Positions 52,600-64,000 of a stretch of DNA of 64,000 nt are shown piece by piece. The notes under the pieces are model-generated. The model was not told where the DNA came from, did not search any database, and saw only the letters and a program-made list of their open reading frames with translations. Made by a program: the position numbers and the translations under genes. Each line of letters starts with the position of its first letter. Within the stretch, counting starts at the first letter, position 1. Origin of the DNA: Camelus ferus (taxonomy: Eukaryota). The stretch spans positions 27,158,001 to 27,222,000 of the forward strand of contig NC_045696.1 in NCBI RefSeq assembly GCF_009834535.1. Direction: 5' to 3'.

Positions 52600-54740
52600 C
52601 AAAAATCAAGCCACTCCAGTTAACTGTCATCTCCTGAATGTCTATCTCCATAGGACTTTAAATTTGGTGCCATTTCTATTGATGTATCTTCCAACTGCCC
52701 ACTTCTCTCCAAAGTCTGTCCACTCTACCATTTGGACACCAAATACACACACAAAACCTCTTCTACATGCCCTTTTGTTTTCCTCCTCCAAATTCTTCTA
52801 CCTCCTCCTTGACTGAATGAAATCGGATTTCCTCTGAAGTTTCCACTGAAGTTCCCTGCAGTGGAAGGAGGAAGATTTGCCTTCAGCTCACTAAACCAGC
52901 TATAAATCAAGGCTCCTCCACCCCTAAACAAAAGCATTCTCCTTCTGTGAGGACAAAGCCATCAAGTTATGCAGCCTCTCTAGTCCTCCCTGATGACAAC
53001 TCTCTCTTGTTCTATCCATCACAACTTTCCTTCTAAATCCAGACTTCTAACTCTCTGGGGTTTCACAGTCCACGAGGACCACTATACCTGGACCCTAGCT
53101 TCAGAGCACTTGGTCCTCTCTGACCTTCATCTTCTATCCCTGTTTCATCAACTCTTCTCTTTCTATTGACTTTAGTTTTTGACACACTACAATATGATAA
53201 AATATCTCTTTTGCTAAAATCTTTCCCTTAAGCCTGTGCTCTAAATAAATCAATACTTTCTCTCCTCATTGTTTAGCAAAGCTTCTTGAAAAGCAATTTG
53301 GGTTCTCTACTGGAAGTCACAACTCCCATTCATTTTGTATCCCACTGAAATCTACTTATGCCCATATTACTAAAAGGGAACCGAGAAAAGTCACTGTTGA
53401 CTTTGATAACGCTAACCACATTTCCATCCTCCTGTCTCTGGACATCCCACTGCCCTTCCTCTGAAAACCACTATCAATGTAAGCATTTCTGCTCTTTCAG
53501 TTCCTACTTCTCCTTCTTTCCTGGCCAGTCTTTTGTGGGCTCTTCTCATGCAGAATCTCTTACACGTTGATGCCCTGCAGGTTTCAACTTTTAGCTTGTG
53601 TGTGTGTGTGTGTGTACATAAACCCATATTTTTTACCACTCACCCTGGGTGATTCATCCATTCTCACAGACTGTAACCTTTTCCAGAGTATAGCTGTCAA
53701 GAGAACAGGTATTTTTCTCTGTTTTGTGTACTGACATACTCTAAGCTTGACAGATAACAGGTCATCAATAAATACTTTCAGTGAATGAATGAATGGCTTT
53801 ACTACTTTATCATAATGTGTTCTTAATTTACATTTCCAACTCCTGAACTATGCCCAGTTGAACACTTCCTCCTGAGTGTCCCTCAAACCCAACATGTTGA
53901 ATATTGACTTCACATGCCCACTTCTCTGAGATTTTCTCTGTCTTCCCTGCTGTAGCTGATGACGTCACTAACCACTGATAACCTAGGACAGAAAACCAGA
54001 ATTATTTTGGAGTCTTCCCTGCCTTTCAACAACCCTCCCATACCCCTTAAGTGTACCTTTTCCACCCATTCAAACACAAAACGTGTAAGGATGATTTTAA
54101 CTCTAAAATGTTTCTTGAATTTTCCCACTCACTCAGCCTTGCTCCCTTTGCCTGGTTTATATTCTCTACATCTTCCTGGGGGTTGTAAATGTCTTCCAAC
54201 AGGTCTCTGCCTCTTGAGTTATTTCCCTCTAAACCGACTTCACTCAGCCACCTTCCTTGCATAGGAATTACAGGCTTTCTATGAGTTAAGCTTACATTTC
54301 CCTCAAGAGCTTCATCTTTATCACTTTTACTGTCTAGTAATAATGAATTTCTTATGGTCTCCTGAAGGTACCTCAGCTTTTCATGCTGATTTTCTCTGCC
54401 AGAACAATCTATCCATCCTTCTTGCCCAAGCTAAATTCCACTCATCCTGAACACTCAAGCTTATAAGTCACTTAAGCCAGGAAAGATCAAGAAATCGTTC
54501 TTAACATTCCATCTCCCAGAAGACAGGGCTAATTTTCCTTTCTCTGGACTCTCAAGTATCATGGCACCGTAAACATTATACCAAATATGAGTATATCTGT
54601 GAATCCACAGATTGCCTGTCTCCCTCTCTAACTATAAGCTCCTTGAGGTCAAGGTTCATGTTTACACATAAATCTCAGGACTAGTACAATGCTTAATAAC
54701 ACAGTAGATGTTTGATATATGTAGAAATAAATCGAACTAA
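52600..54740 (+). mobile_element. L2 fragments in ROBO1 intron
   Basis: Pyrimidine-rich L2 body (cctcaaacccaacatg, ctaactataagctccttgaggtcaagg, acacagtagatgtttgatatatgt) and a tgaatgaatgaatg tail near 53785. Confidence 0.7.
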
Positions 54741-56189
54741 CTGTAGTAGATGTCAGCAAAAATAGCAGACATTGAAGTTTAGAAGACCACTTTCCTTAAT
54801 TAAAAAATAACCATTTGTTATATATGTAAATCAGGGAACCCATTTTTTATTATAAATAATGTAAATTGACTTATGAAGGTGAAAATTATAGCAATGCATA
54901 GAAATGATCATTTAATGACACATACAAACAAGGTTACGATTCAAATGAACTTGGAAAAGACAGACATATAAAATAATAACTGCTCAGTGTATCTCAGTGC
55001 TTTCCATGGAATAGGGTTGTTTCTAGATTAATGATTCCAGTCTTAGTTCTTTAATTACAAATATTTTTATAACACAGAGGATAACTTACTAAATTTCTGA
55101 AGATGGATAAAAAATAATTTCATCTCTTTGTTCTAATTCTGCAAACCCGAGATCTTTCTCAGTGTGTAAAATTTTCTCCTGAAAAATCCCACTTACTTTG
55201 GAGGAAGGTTGCTTGTGAGCAGCAAACTGGCCCATACTTTCAGGCTAGATATAAACTTCAGAATTTACATCATGACATTTGATTTATGAATCAATACTTG
55301 GAGTATAATCACCAAAAGTTAAAAGTTCAGATCATCTTTGGCTTAACTGAAAAAATTAAGTTACATATTGCAAACTTTAGGTTGTGGTGATGTCACTAAG
55401 TACTTTGTGGTCACTTAGAGGAGGCATCAGTCCGAAATGCACAGCCTTACACATGTCTTCACTGCTGAGTCCATGCCTGGATGAGGAATACAGGCTTCCA
55501 TCACAGAACAAAGTGAAACTGTCCTCCAATATTGAAAGGAAGTTGCTAATGAGCAGATACCCATGATAAACAGAACAACAGACTGATGTCTCATCTTACG
55601 AAACACACTTATTAAAATACAGTTGTACTTAATGTGCACTTACAGCCTTCTAAGATTTACTTCCTCATCACTCTTTCCTGACACCTCCATCGATTTCCTT
55701 TTCTCTCTCGTATCTCTTCTGCCTAAATTGTTTCTTCTCCTTCGTCTCTAAGAATATCTGAGTACCCTATCCTAAAATTTCTGCCTTCCTATCAAACTCT
55801 ATCTCAGTCTCTATTCTTCTTTCCAACCTTCTGCAAAGAGCCTATACTCACCACCTTCCTTCCACAACTTCCTCACTTTCCAACCCATTACAGTCTGGAC
55901 TCTGTTCTGCCTCCTCTACCAAAAACAACTCTTTTAAATATCACTCACAAAAAGCATTTTGCAAAATCTGTGTGTCCTCCACTCATCCTCTCACCCTCTA
56001 CCTCGAGTCACATCTAACTTTCACTTCTGTGGCATTTTACATTTCTTCCTACCTTAAAATTTCCTACTCCATTCTTTCTAGGATACTATTCGTTTTAGTT
56101 TGGATAGCATGATTATTTTATATCCCTGGGTGGATCCACCTCAGTTTCTGTTTAGAATAAAGAACATATGTAAGTATATATATATTATG

Positions 56190-56420
56190 TATTTATTTTT
56201 ATTGAAGTGTAGTCGATTTACAATATTACATGAGTTTCAAGTGTACAACATAGTGATTCAATATTTTAATAGATACACTCCATTTAAAGTTATTATAATA
56301 TAATGGCTCTATTCCTTGTGCTACACATTATATCCTTGTAGCTTATTTATTTTATACATAGCAGTTTGTATCCCCTCCCCTACCTTGTCCCTCCCCCTTT
56401 CCCTCTCCCCACTGGTAACC
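56190..56420 (-). mobile_element. L1 3' end (cetartiodactyl type), antisense
   Basis: ttttattgaagtgtagtcgatttacaatatt...gtgtacaacatagtgattca...ccctctccccactggtaacc. Confidence 0.85.
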
Positions 56421-56439
56421 TTTAAATACACTCACTTCT

Positions 56440-56657
56440 GACTATGGGGTGCCAGAGAGAGCTCACACATTCTCACAAAAGCCCTCTGTACACGCATCTC
56501 TTCCCACCTCCACATACACTAACTTCATTTTAGTAGCTTGAAACTAGCCTTTGTGGGAGTAATTAGACAACAGAAGTATGCAAATGGCTACAAAGAAGGG
56601 ATTTGTTTTGTTTTCTTCCAGAGAACTGATGGTTAAACATTAGCCAGTATATCACTG
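56440..56657. mobile_element. MER63-type (hAT-Blackjack) fragment
   Basis: ccagagaactgatggttaaacattagccagtatatcactg resembles the MER63 terminus. Confidence 0.55.
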
Positions 56658-57673
56658 CTGCTAATTTAGCTCTTATAATTCAGTTTTCACCTCTGTGTTG
56701 CTGGTTCTAAAATCCACTTTCTACCTACAACCTTCCTCCTGATCTTTAAACCTAGTTCTTAAATTCGTATTGATTTTCTTCATATCTGTGTTCTTGTCAG
56801 CACCTTAGTCCATTCAAAACTGGAATTATTTTTCCCCAAGACTTTTATCCTTTTCCTCGCTTTTTAACATTGGTTAATACAATTGTGTTCCACTAGTCAT
56901 AGAGAGCCATCTAATTAACATTTGAATGTTTCTTTTACTCCATTAGTACATTGTGCTTTTTTACATTCAGTTAGTCCCCAAGTCCTATAGGGTCTATCTC
57001 TGAAATGTCTACCTAGGCTGTTTTCTCCTTTTAATTTGCACAACTATTTTAATTCAAGGCTTTCACATTTTAGACCTAGATTATTTTGCAATGTTCTGAT
57101 ACCTTCAGCTACCCAACTCCAGTCTCTTCTTTCACAATAGAGTGCTGTCAGTTATTTTTTTTTAAAAAAGTCACAAATCTGATTATATCATTTCATGATC
57201 AAATTCTTTGCTGGCTCACCACCATCCATATCTTAAATCCCAAACTCTATAGAATAGAAGTCCTGGCCTTACCAATCTGGTGAACCACCTTTCTAGTTTT
57301 ATCTTTTACCATTTGTCCCTGTCCCCAAGCATCTCATTCTCCAGCCAAAATAGAAATCAGTATTCACCAAACATTCATTTTCACACTTTCATGTTTTTTT
57401 CTCCACTTATTTCCTTTGCCTGATAACCCCTTCTCCCAGTTTAACTTATAGAAATCATACTTTCCTTTAAATTTAACTCTTTAAAATTGGCACCTTGACA
57501 AGGAAGACTTGCATAATGTCCCGTATTAGAGCAAACTGTATGTAAATTATTTGGGTCCATGCCTGTCTCCACTGCAGAGCAAATTTCTAAATCTTACCAC
57601 TTTTCGTGTGGCCCCAGAGAGCCTAACAGTGCACCTTGCAAACACAGGTTTAATCTATATTTATTGGCTGCTA

Positions 57674-58063
<390 letters not shown>

Positions 58064-58239
58064 TCAACATTAGTATGATCATTAGAATCACATTCAACTG
58101 TGAGATAATATATCTTAAATGAACTGGAACAACTGAAGGCAACCAAGGAATAAGACAGCTAACAATTTTAATGTACGATCACCTTTATCTAGCACAGAAA
58201 TACTCAATTATAGAGTTAGAATTTAGAGATTATCTAGCC

Positions 58240-58415
58240 TTGGGATAGCTAATATGGGCACAAGTGCTATAACTGTCTCTCCCCGAACCACGGCAGACCT
58301 TCCTAATTGATTTCAGCATAATGTTGCTGATCCCAAAGGCACACCCTTCATCTTCAGAAAACCACTTCAAATTGATTGAGGCTGGCACTTGAGTTGAGAC
58401 CTGTTTGTCATCTCA
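58240..58415. mobile_element. MER102-type hAT element within a MIR
   Basis: ccacggcagaccttcctaattgat...gctggcacttgagttgagacctgtttgtcatc, flanked by MIR-like gattatctag and ttctcattttgtagat. Confidence 0.55.
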
Positions 58416-58919
58416 TATCTAGCCTAAGCCCCTTCTCATTTTGTAGATAGAAAAACCCAAACACATAGCTCGTAAATTATTTTTCAATCTTAAAGGTAAG
58501 TATAATCAGAACCTGGACTAATGCCCTCAGATTCTTAATTTCTGGTTCAGGTTCTTTATGCTACTATTTCATTTTATCGCATGTTCACAATCTACCATTC
58601 ACTGGTGGCATCTCTCTGCTTTGTATATGCAGCCAGAGGTTTTAAACCAGACAATCACTGGTATAAATATACTAATTTCATCTGTCTATCTATAGTTATA
58701 TACTAATATATTACATATAGTTGGACATTATATATATTTCAACTTCCTATTTTGTAGACATACTTAAATACAAAAATAAACATAAAATTTGAAATCTAGA
58801 AAATTTATATTCTTTGGGTGGTGCTGTCTTTTAAAATGACTCATGTCCACTCCAGGGAGGAGACACATATAATCTAATAACTGTTGGTAAGTTAGTAGAA
58901 GAATATGAATAGATTCTAG

Positions 58920-59350
58920 TTTGAGGTTGTTCTGGCTGTAGTGTGGAGGACGGATTAAAAGGAAAGGTGTGAATCACTCAGTAAGTAAAGACAGGAGATA
59001 GAATGGAATCGGTGGTTGTTCAGATGGATGTGTTTCAGAGACTTTAAGGAAAAAAATCGATATTAATAAATGATCAGTGGAATATAATAAGGGAAGACTA
59101 CCTATTAGATAACTTTCAGGATTTTTGCCACAGTTGACTAGGTGCATGAGAGAAACATCACTGAAGGTGAGGAATACAGGGATGAGGAAGAGGTGATTTG
59201 TGAAGGAAGAGTATGAGTTCAGTTTTAGGCAAGTGAATAGGAGGAAACTTTAAAGTATCCACACAGAGATGTCTAGCAGGTTGTTGTACATAAAATCTGA
59301 ATTTAAAGAGAGGCCAAAACCAGCGATATAGAGATTTGGGAATCGCCGTG
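58920..59350 (-). mobile_element. L2 fragment
   Basis: ctggctgtagtgtggaggacggatt, tgagttcagttttagg, gatgtctagcagg, tagagatttgggaatc. Confidence 0.7.
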
Positions 59351-60758
59351 CAGTTTTGTAATCATGACCTTAGAAGTAGTAATGTTTTCATAATCAGAAA
59401 GAAATGTCTGTATGATAGAGTAAATCAGCTGAAAACATTCATAAAACATGTATTAAATGCTTAATATTACAAAATTAACATTAAGATTTTCAACAAAAAA
59501 TATACGTTCTCATGGTAAAAATTCAAAAGTACACAAGGACTTGAAAGTACAACCCCTCATTCCTCCTCTCCTCCATTTCAAATTCTGATGCAGAGACAAT
59601 CAGTTTGACTAGTTTTTTATAGATTATTCCAGAAATTATTTATGCAGATAAAGCAGGGCTACCAAGCTACGAAACCATTCACATTAGGAACTATGTAGAA
59701 TGGCCATATCTGGGATTGCACAGAGTGCCTGTCTGCCCACCGGCATGTGGTAGACTTCCGTCTCAGTAACATAAAAGGAGTTGCACTTTCTTCACCTAAA
59801 TGTGTAGTTGTATACGTTTTTTTAAGTTCACATAATGTTCTGATTTATGAATATATCATTATTTATTTAGTCAATCCCTAAAGAGGAATATTTAGCTTGT
59901 TTCCAGATACTTTACTATTATTGGCAATGGTCCACTGATTATCATTTACATATACCAACATGAGAAACTCATGAATATTAAAATTGCACCTTGAAAATTC
60001 TTAATATAACAGTGAATTAAAGGTTCTAGGAAGCACCAGTTTTAATCTAGTGTTCCTCATTCCTGTTTTTTTTTTTAAAGAATTAATCCTTTTTTGGTCC
60101 TTAAGTAGATATGAATTTTTTAGAAATACATTTTCTTTTCACATTATCTGCTATAACTAAGGCATCAGAATTCACTGGATTGGTTTTGAAAGTGGAAAGC
60201 TTAAGGTACCATCTTACTGCCAGCTGTTTTACGTAGGACTCCATTATTAACAGTGGTCAGACTGTTAGTTGAATTTTTTGTTGCTTTTAGTTAGTTCACC
60301 ATGTTCAACTTCCATATAAAAAGCCTCAACACTTTATCTAAAATGGTGGCCAAAGTACAGTCAACAACACTAAATTTCCAAAGACTCTGGGAAAATAAAA
60401 TTTTTGTCTTACAACATAGACTGCCATTGTCACTACTGCTGATTTTCCTCCTTACTAAACACGTTTTTTTAATAATAACACTTAAAAAAAGTACTACCAT
60501 GAGATTCTTCCCTCATCTGCTACTTGTTTATTAAAAATAACCAAAAGGAGAGAGTTAGAAGACAGATTGCATTGAGTGGCTTAAAGCTAAGAACCCAAGG
60601 CCGAGCTATACTAAGTTCAGACTGAGCCTGGAACTGGCAACAGGAGGAGGAGAAAAGTCTAATTCATACCATACCTGGAAGCAGAGGGAGTGAGTGACTG
60701 TAGGCTCATTTCTACACAATCTGCTTGCTACAAATTTAAATCGGATTGCAAATATAGC

Positions 60759-60868
60759 TTATCAGAAAGCTGATGACTGCCACTATCATCAAACCATAAA
60801 ATACCTAGGTTTATCAGATGTCAAAGCTGATGATTACCACTATCATCAGATCATACAAAGTCTTGGGA
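60759..60868. repeat. Diverged tandem duplication (two copies of ~52-58 bp)
   Basis: ttatcag..aaagctgatga(c/t)t(g/a)ccactatcatca occurs at 60759 and 60811. Confidence 0.85.
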
Positions 60869-61830
60869 ATCTACGACTCTCAAGACAAAATCTACCACCA
60901 GGTGCTCTATAACGGCACTGTCTGTAACACAGATAGAAAGAGACAAAAAATTCCAATGATGAGTTCTAACTTCCAGTATATAATTGCCACTGTATCTAAC
61001 TGACAGAGGGGAATCCTGGTAGGTTTAATCTCTTGTATAAACAGATTATCAAATAAATTCTTTTTTAGGTATTGTAAAATAATTACTGAGTTAAATCAGG
61101 GATTATCACAGTATAAACAATTCTGTATTTCATATAGTGATAAATAGTACTTTCATCCAATTCGTACCACTAATAGCTCAAACTGAATTTAACAAATAGG
61201 ATCATGAAACTCATATATGTATAGGCTCTTTCTTCATACAATCATATAAACACCATTCTTTATACAAGACTCTCCAAAAACCAATATAATGTATATAAAG
61301 TAATACACAAAAGCAAATCCATAGAGACAATTCTGGCTGCATTACCTTGCTATGGAGGTCCAGCACTCTCTATTGGCTTAACTGCTTAAAGTCCCAAGAC
61401 CTTGTAATTAATGATAAATCAAGTCAAAATAACATCATTCCAAAGAGAGTGGTGAATTTATAGTTTATGAGAAGTAGAGCTGGAGAAATAATGCATTTGG
61501 TTTTTAAATGAAGTGTGTAAATGCATCAGAAAGGGTTGAAGAGGAGGGTGGGAAGAATCTATGAGAAGGTCCTAGAAATGCACTTAAGCTTGGCTTTAAC
61601 TCCATAAAAGTCTGACTGATAAATATTCATATATTTTAATCCTATCCTTCATCTGGGCTAAACTTGGAAGTGGCCAATATGAAATAAATGAAGAGTTAGA
61701 TTCTGCCTGTTGGGGTGTCTATAGCATGTAGCCCTCTGTTTTGTAATGAGTACTCCCTGGTTTATGAGGCCCAGCATTTACCTGTAATACAAGGTGTGGC
61801 CACAGTGCCATGGATTAGGGGCTGGTGTGC

Positions 61831-62213
61831 TGTTATGGGCTGAACTGTGTCCCCTCCAAAATTCATATGTTGAAGTCCTAACCCCCAGTGTCTCAGAATG
61901 TGACTTGCATTGGAAGATAGGGGCTTTAAATAGGTAATTAAATTAAAATGAGGTCCTCTGGGTGGGCCCTCATCCAGTCTGACTGGTGTCCTTATAAGAA
62001 GAGGGCACGTCCACACACTGAGGAAAGATGAAGTGAAAACACAGGGAGAAGGTAGTCATCTACAAGCCAAGGTGAGGGGCCTCAGAAGAAACCACCCTGC
62101 CAACACCGTGATGTTGGACTTTTAGCCTCCAGAGCTGTGAGGAAATACATTTCCGTTCTTCGAGCCACCTAGTTTCTGGTACTTCATCATGGCAGCCCTA
62201 GAAAACTAATACA
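61831..62213 (+). mobile_element. MaLR solo LTR (MLT1A0/B-like)
   Basis: tgttatgggctgaactgtgtcccctccaaaattcatatgttgaagtcctaacccc...ggcagccctagaaaactaataca. Confidence 0.92.
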
Positions 62214-64000
62214 AATCTGACTGATAAGGATCATCATAAATTATTCTCTATCGGTTAAGACGTAGCTGCTCTTGAGCTTTCTTTACATAGTTCACATAAA
62301 TTTGGCAAAGGAAATTGATATTTCGAACAAAATATACAAAGCAAAGACACTACACACTCAGGCCTGATATACCATATACTGCAAAGGGTTCACAGAGGAA
62401 GCCTATTGACAATAATCAAATTCATCCATCATAGTTGATATATTTTAATCATTAAAAAGCAAAAATGAAAAAACCCTTCCATGTCTTAACTATATTTAAT
62501 TCTCATTTACACGATTGGCAGCTTTTTAAATTCTCTTTCCCCCTTTCCCTCTCTTTTTCAATAATTGTACAAATTATATCTGCCATTGAGTTTCTTCATG
62601 AAATGGATTGTGAATATTTTTTCAAAAAATATGAAAATGATTTCTGATAAAATTATTTGTTTCCAAGCTATAACTACTATCAAGAGTATGCACATTGTTT
62701 TACTTAGTGCATTGTGAAGTATTTGCATTTAAATTATTTTAACCAATATGCATTATGGAAATGTATACAATAACACATAGCTTTGTTATTTTTTCTTTAG
62801 CATATCAGAAAGTGTCCAGAGTTAAATTCAAGACTTGTTAGTACAATAAACATAACTAAAAGACAGATGGTTATCAAAATGCTAAAAGGAAGTTAAAGCC
62901 AGTATTTAAAAAACAGCTTTAGTTAAATCTCCATTTTGTCTATTTTTGTGACTTAGAGAAAATAATTACTGGCTTCTACACTGTAGTATATACTATGGAA
63001 ATTCTGCATAATCACTTATGAAATGAACACTTTTTGAGTTTTAAACAACATTTCATACAAACGTTTTGGCTTTACAAATATTTTAACATATTTCTTTGGC
63101 ATTTCTGATATTAACTTAGAATAACTTGGTTGCTTCATCATTTGGTTAAATAGCTATTATTCAGGGTTTAGTTAGAATTTATATTTAATTATTAAACACA
63201 CTGAAATAAGTACCACAGAATGCAGGACAATAAATATAGACCACAATTTTCAAGCATAGTGTAATTTATAACTGCAATGCTATGCCCTTTAACTGGCATG
63301 TTTACATTATTTAAAGTATTTTTTAAAGCATCACTCAATGCCAGAAGCCCCTCAGAACAAGTGTAAATAAGAGGTAGAAAGAGCTACACAAAGCTTTAGT
63401 CCAGATTTTCTTCCTGATGTATTAAACCTAGATGTATTTACATCAAGGTTTGATGTTTGACCAGTTTTTCTGTTAGGAGCACTCTCTTCTAGATAATAAA
63501 AACTGATAGAACAGCTATAAAACTTGTAAAATGCCATTACAGGGGTCCCATAAATGTAAAACTGCCAATAGAGTTTGGGGATTTACACCTAGTGTTTGTC
63601 CCTTCACAGAGGTAAACATGCACAAAGCCACGATAATAACCCTTCAAGAACAGATAATATTCTGACAGCTCAGATTCACTGACAAAAGAGTCCTGGGCAG
63701 GATCCAGGAGGCCCAGGTGCGTGGTGTCATGCCAGTATTTAATGTAGTCTAGTATCAGATAGATGCTAGCGAGAGAAAATACTCCGAATAAAGTACAGAT
63801 TACAGCACGGACAGCCACTCATTGCAAAATTACTAGTGCTCATCATGCTGTGAGCTTTGTATTAAATTTTTCTGTCAAGTGGCAGGAATCACAGGGAGAA
63901 GTGCCTCAGAAAACCCTCCTTGTAACCTTGGATAAGGATCTATAATGTTAGGCTTTCATATGATAATGGCAAATGATGCCCTTTTTGAAAAATTGCTGAC

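Noticed and set aside
63537..63818. 93-aa ORF with a hydrophobic N-terminus in the ROBO1 intron
   Set aside because: It does not match ROBO1 or any protein I recognise, and there is no supported exon structure.

Overview
AT-rich mammalian genomic DNA. From about 48.8 kb to the end it holds the 3' end of ROBO1 (Roundabout 1) on the minus strand. Three coding exons have exact GT-AG boundaries (57688-57996, 51772-51968, 50516-50530) and splice into an intact C-terminus ([12 protein letters not shown]...ILPYCRPTF...EELEETES*). A ~1.7-kb 3'UTR follows, with miR-218, miR-29 and miR-25/92 seed sites, a Pumilio element and an ATTAAA poly(A) signal. Positions 1-48.8 kb are intergenic and dominated by old repeats: L1, L2, MIR, MaLR, DNA transposons and several ERV1-type LTRs. 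The repeat content suggests a cetartiodactyl, possibly a camelid (inference). The most unusual structure is a heavily deleted class I ERV at about 37.3-40.9 kb. It has a gag-MA remnant fused directly to the integrase C-terminus, an unrelated LTR nested just before the env-TM remnant, and a 3' LTR that is the densest CpG cluster I noticed. That LTR carries YY1, GC-box, ETS-like and BANP-like motifs and points toward the ROBO1 3' end about 8 kb away. I found no convincing novel protein-coding system. Repeat family names come from recalled consensus motifs, and repeat boundaries are approximate unless stated.
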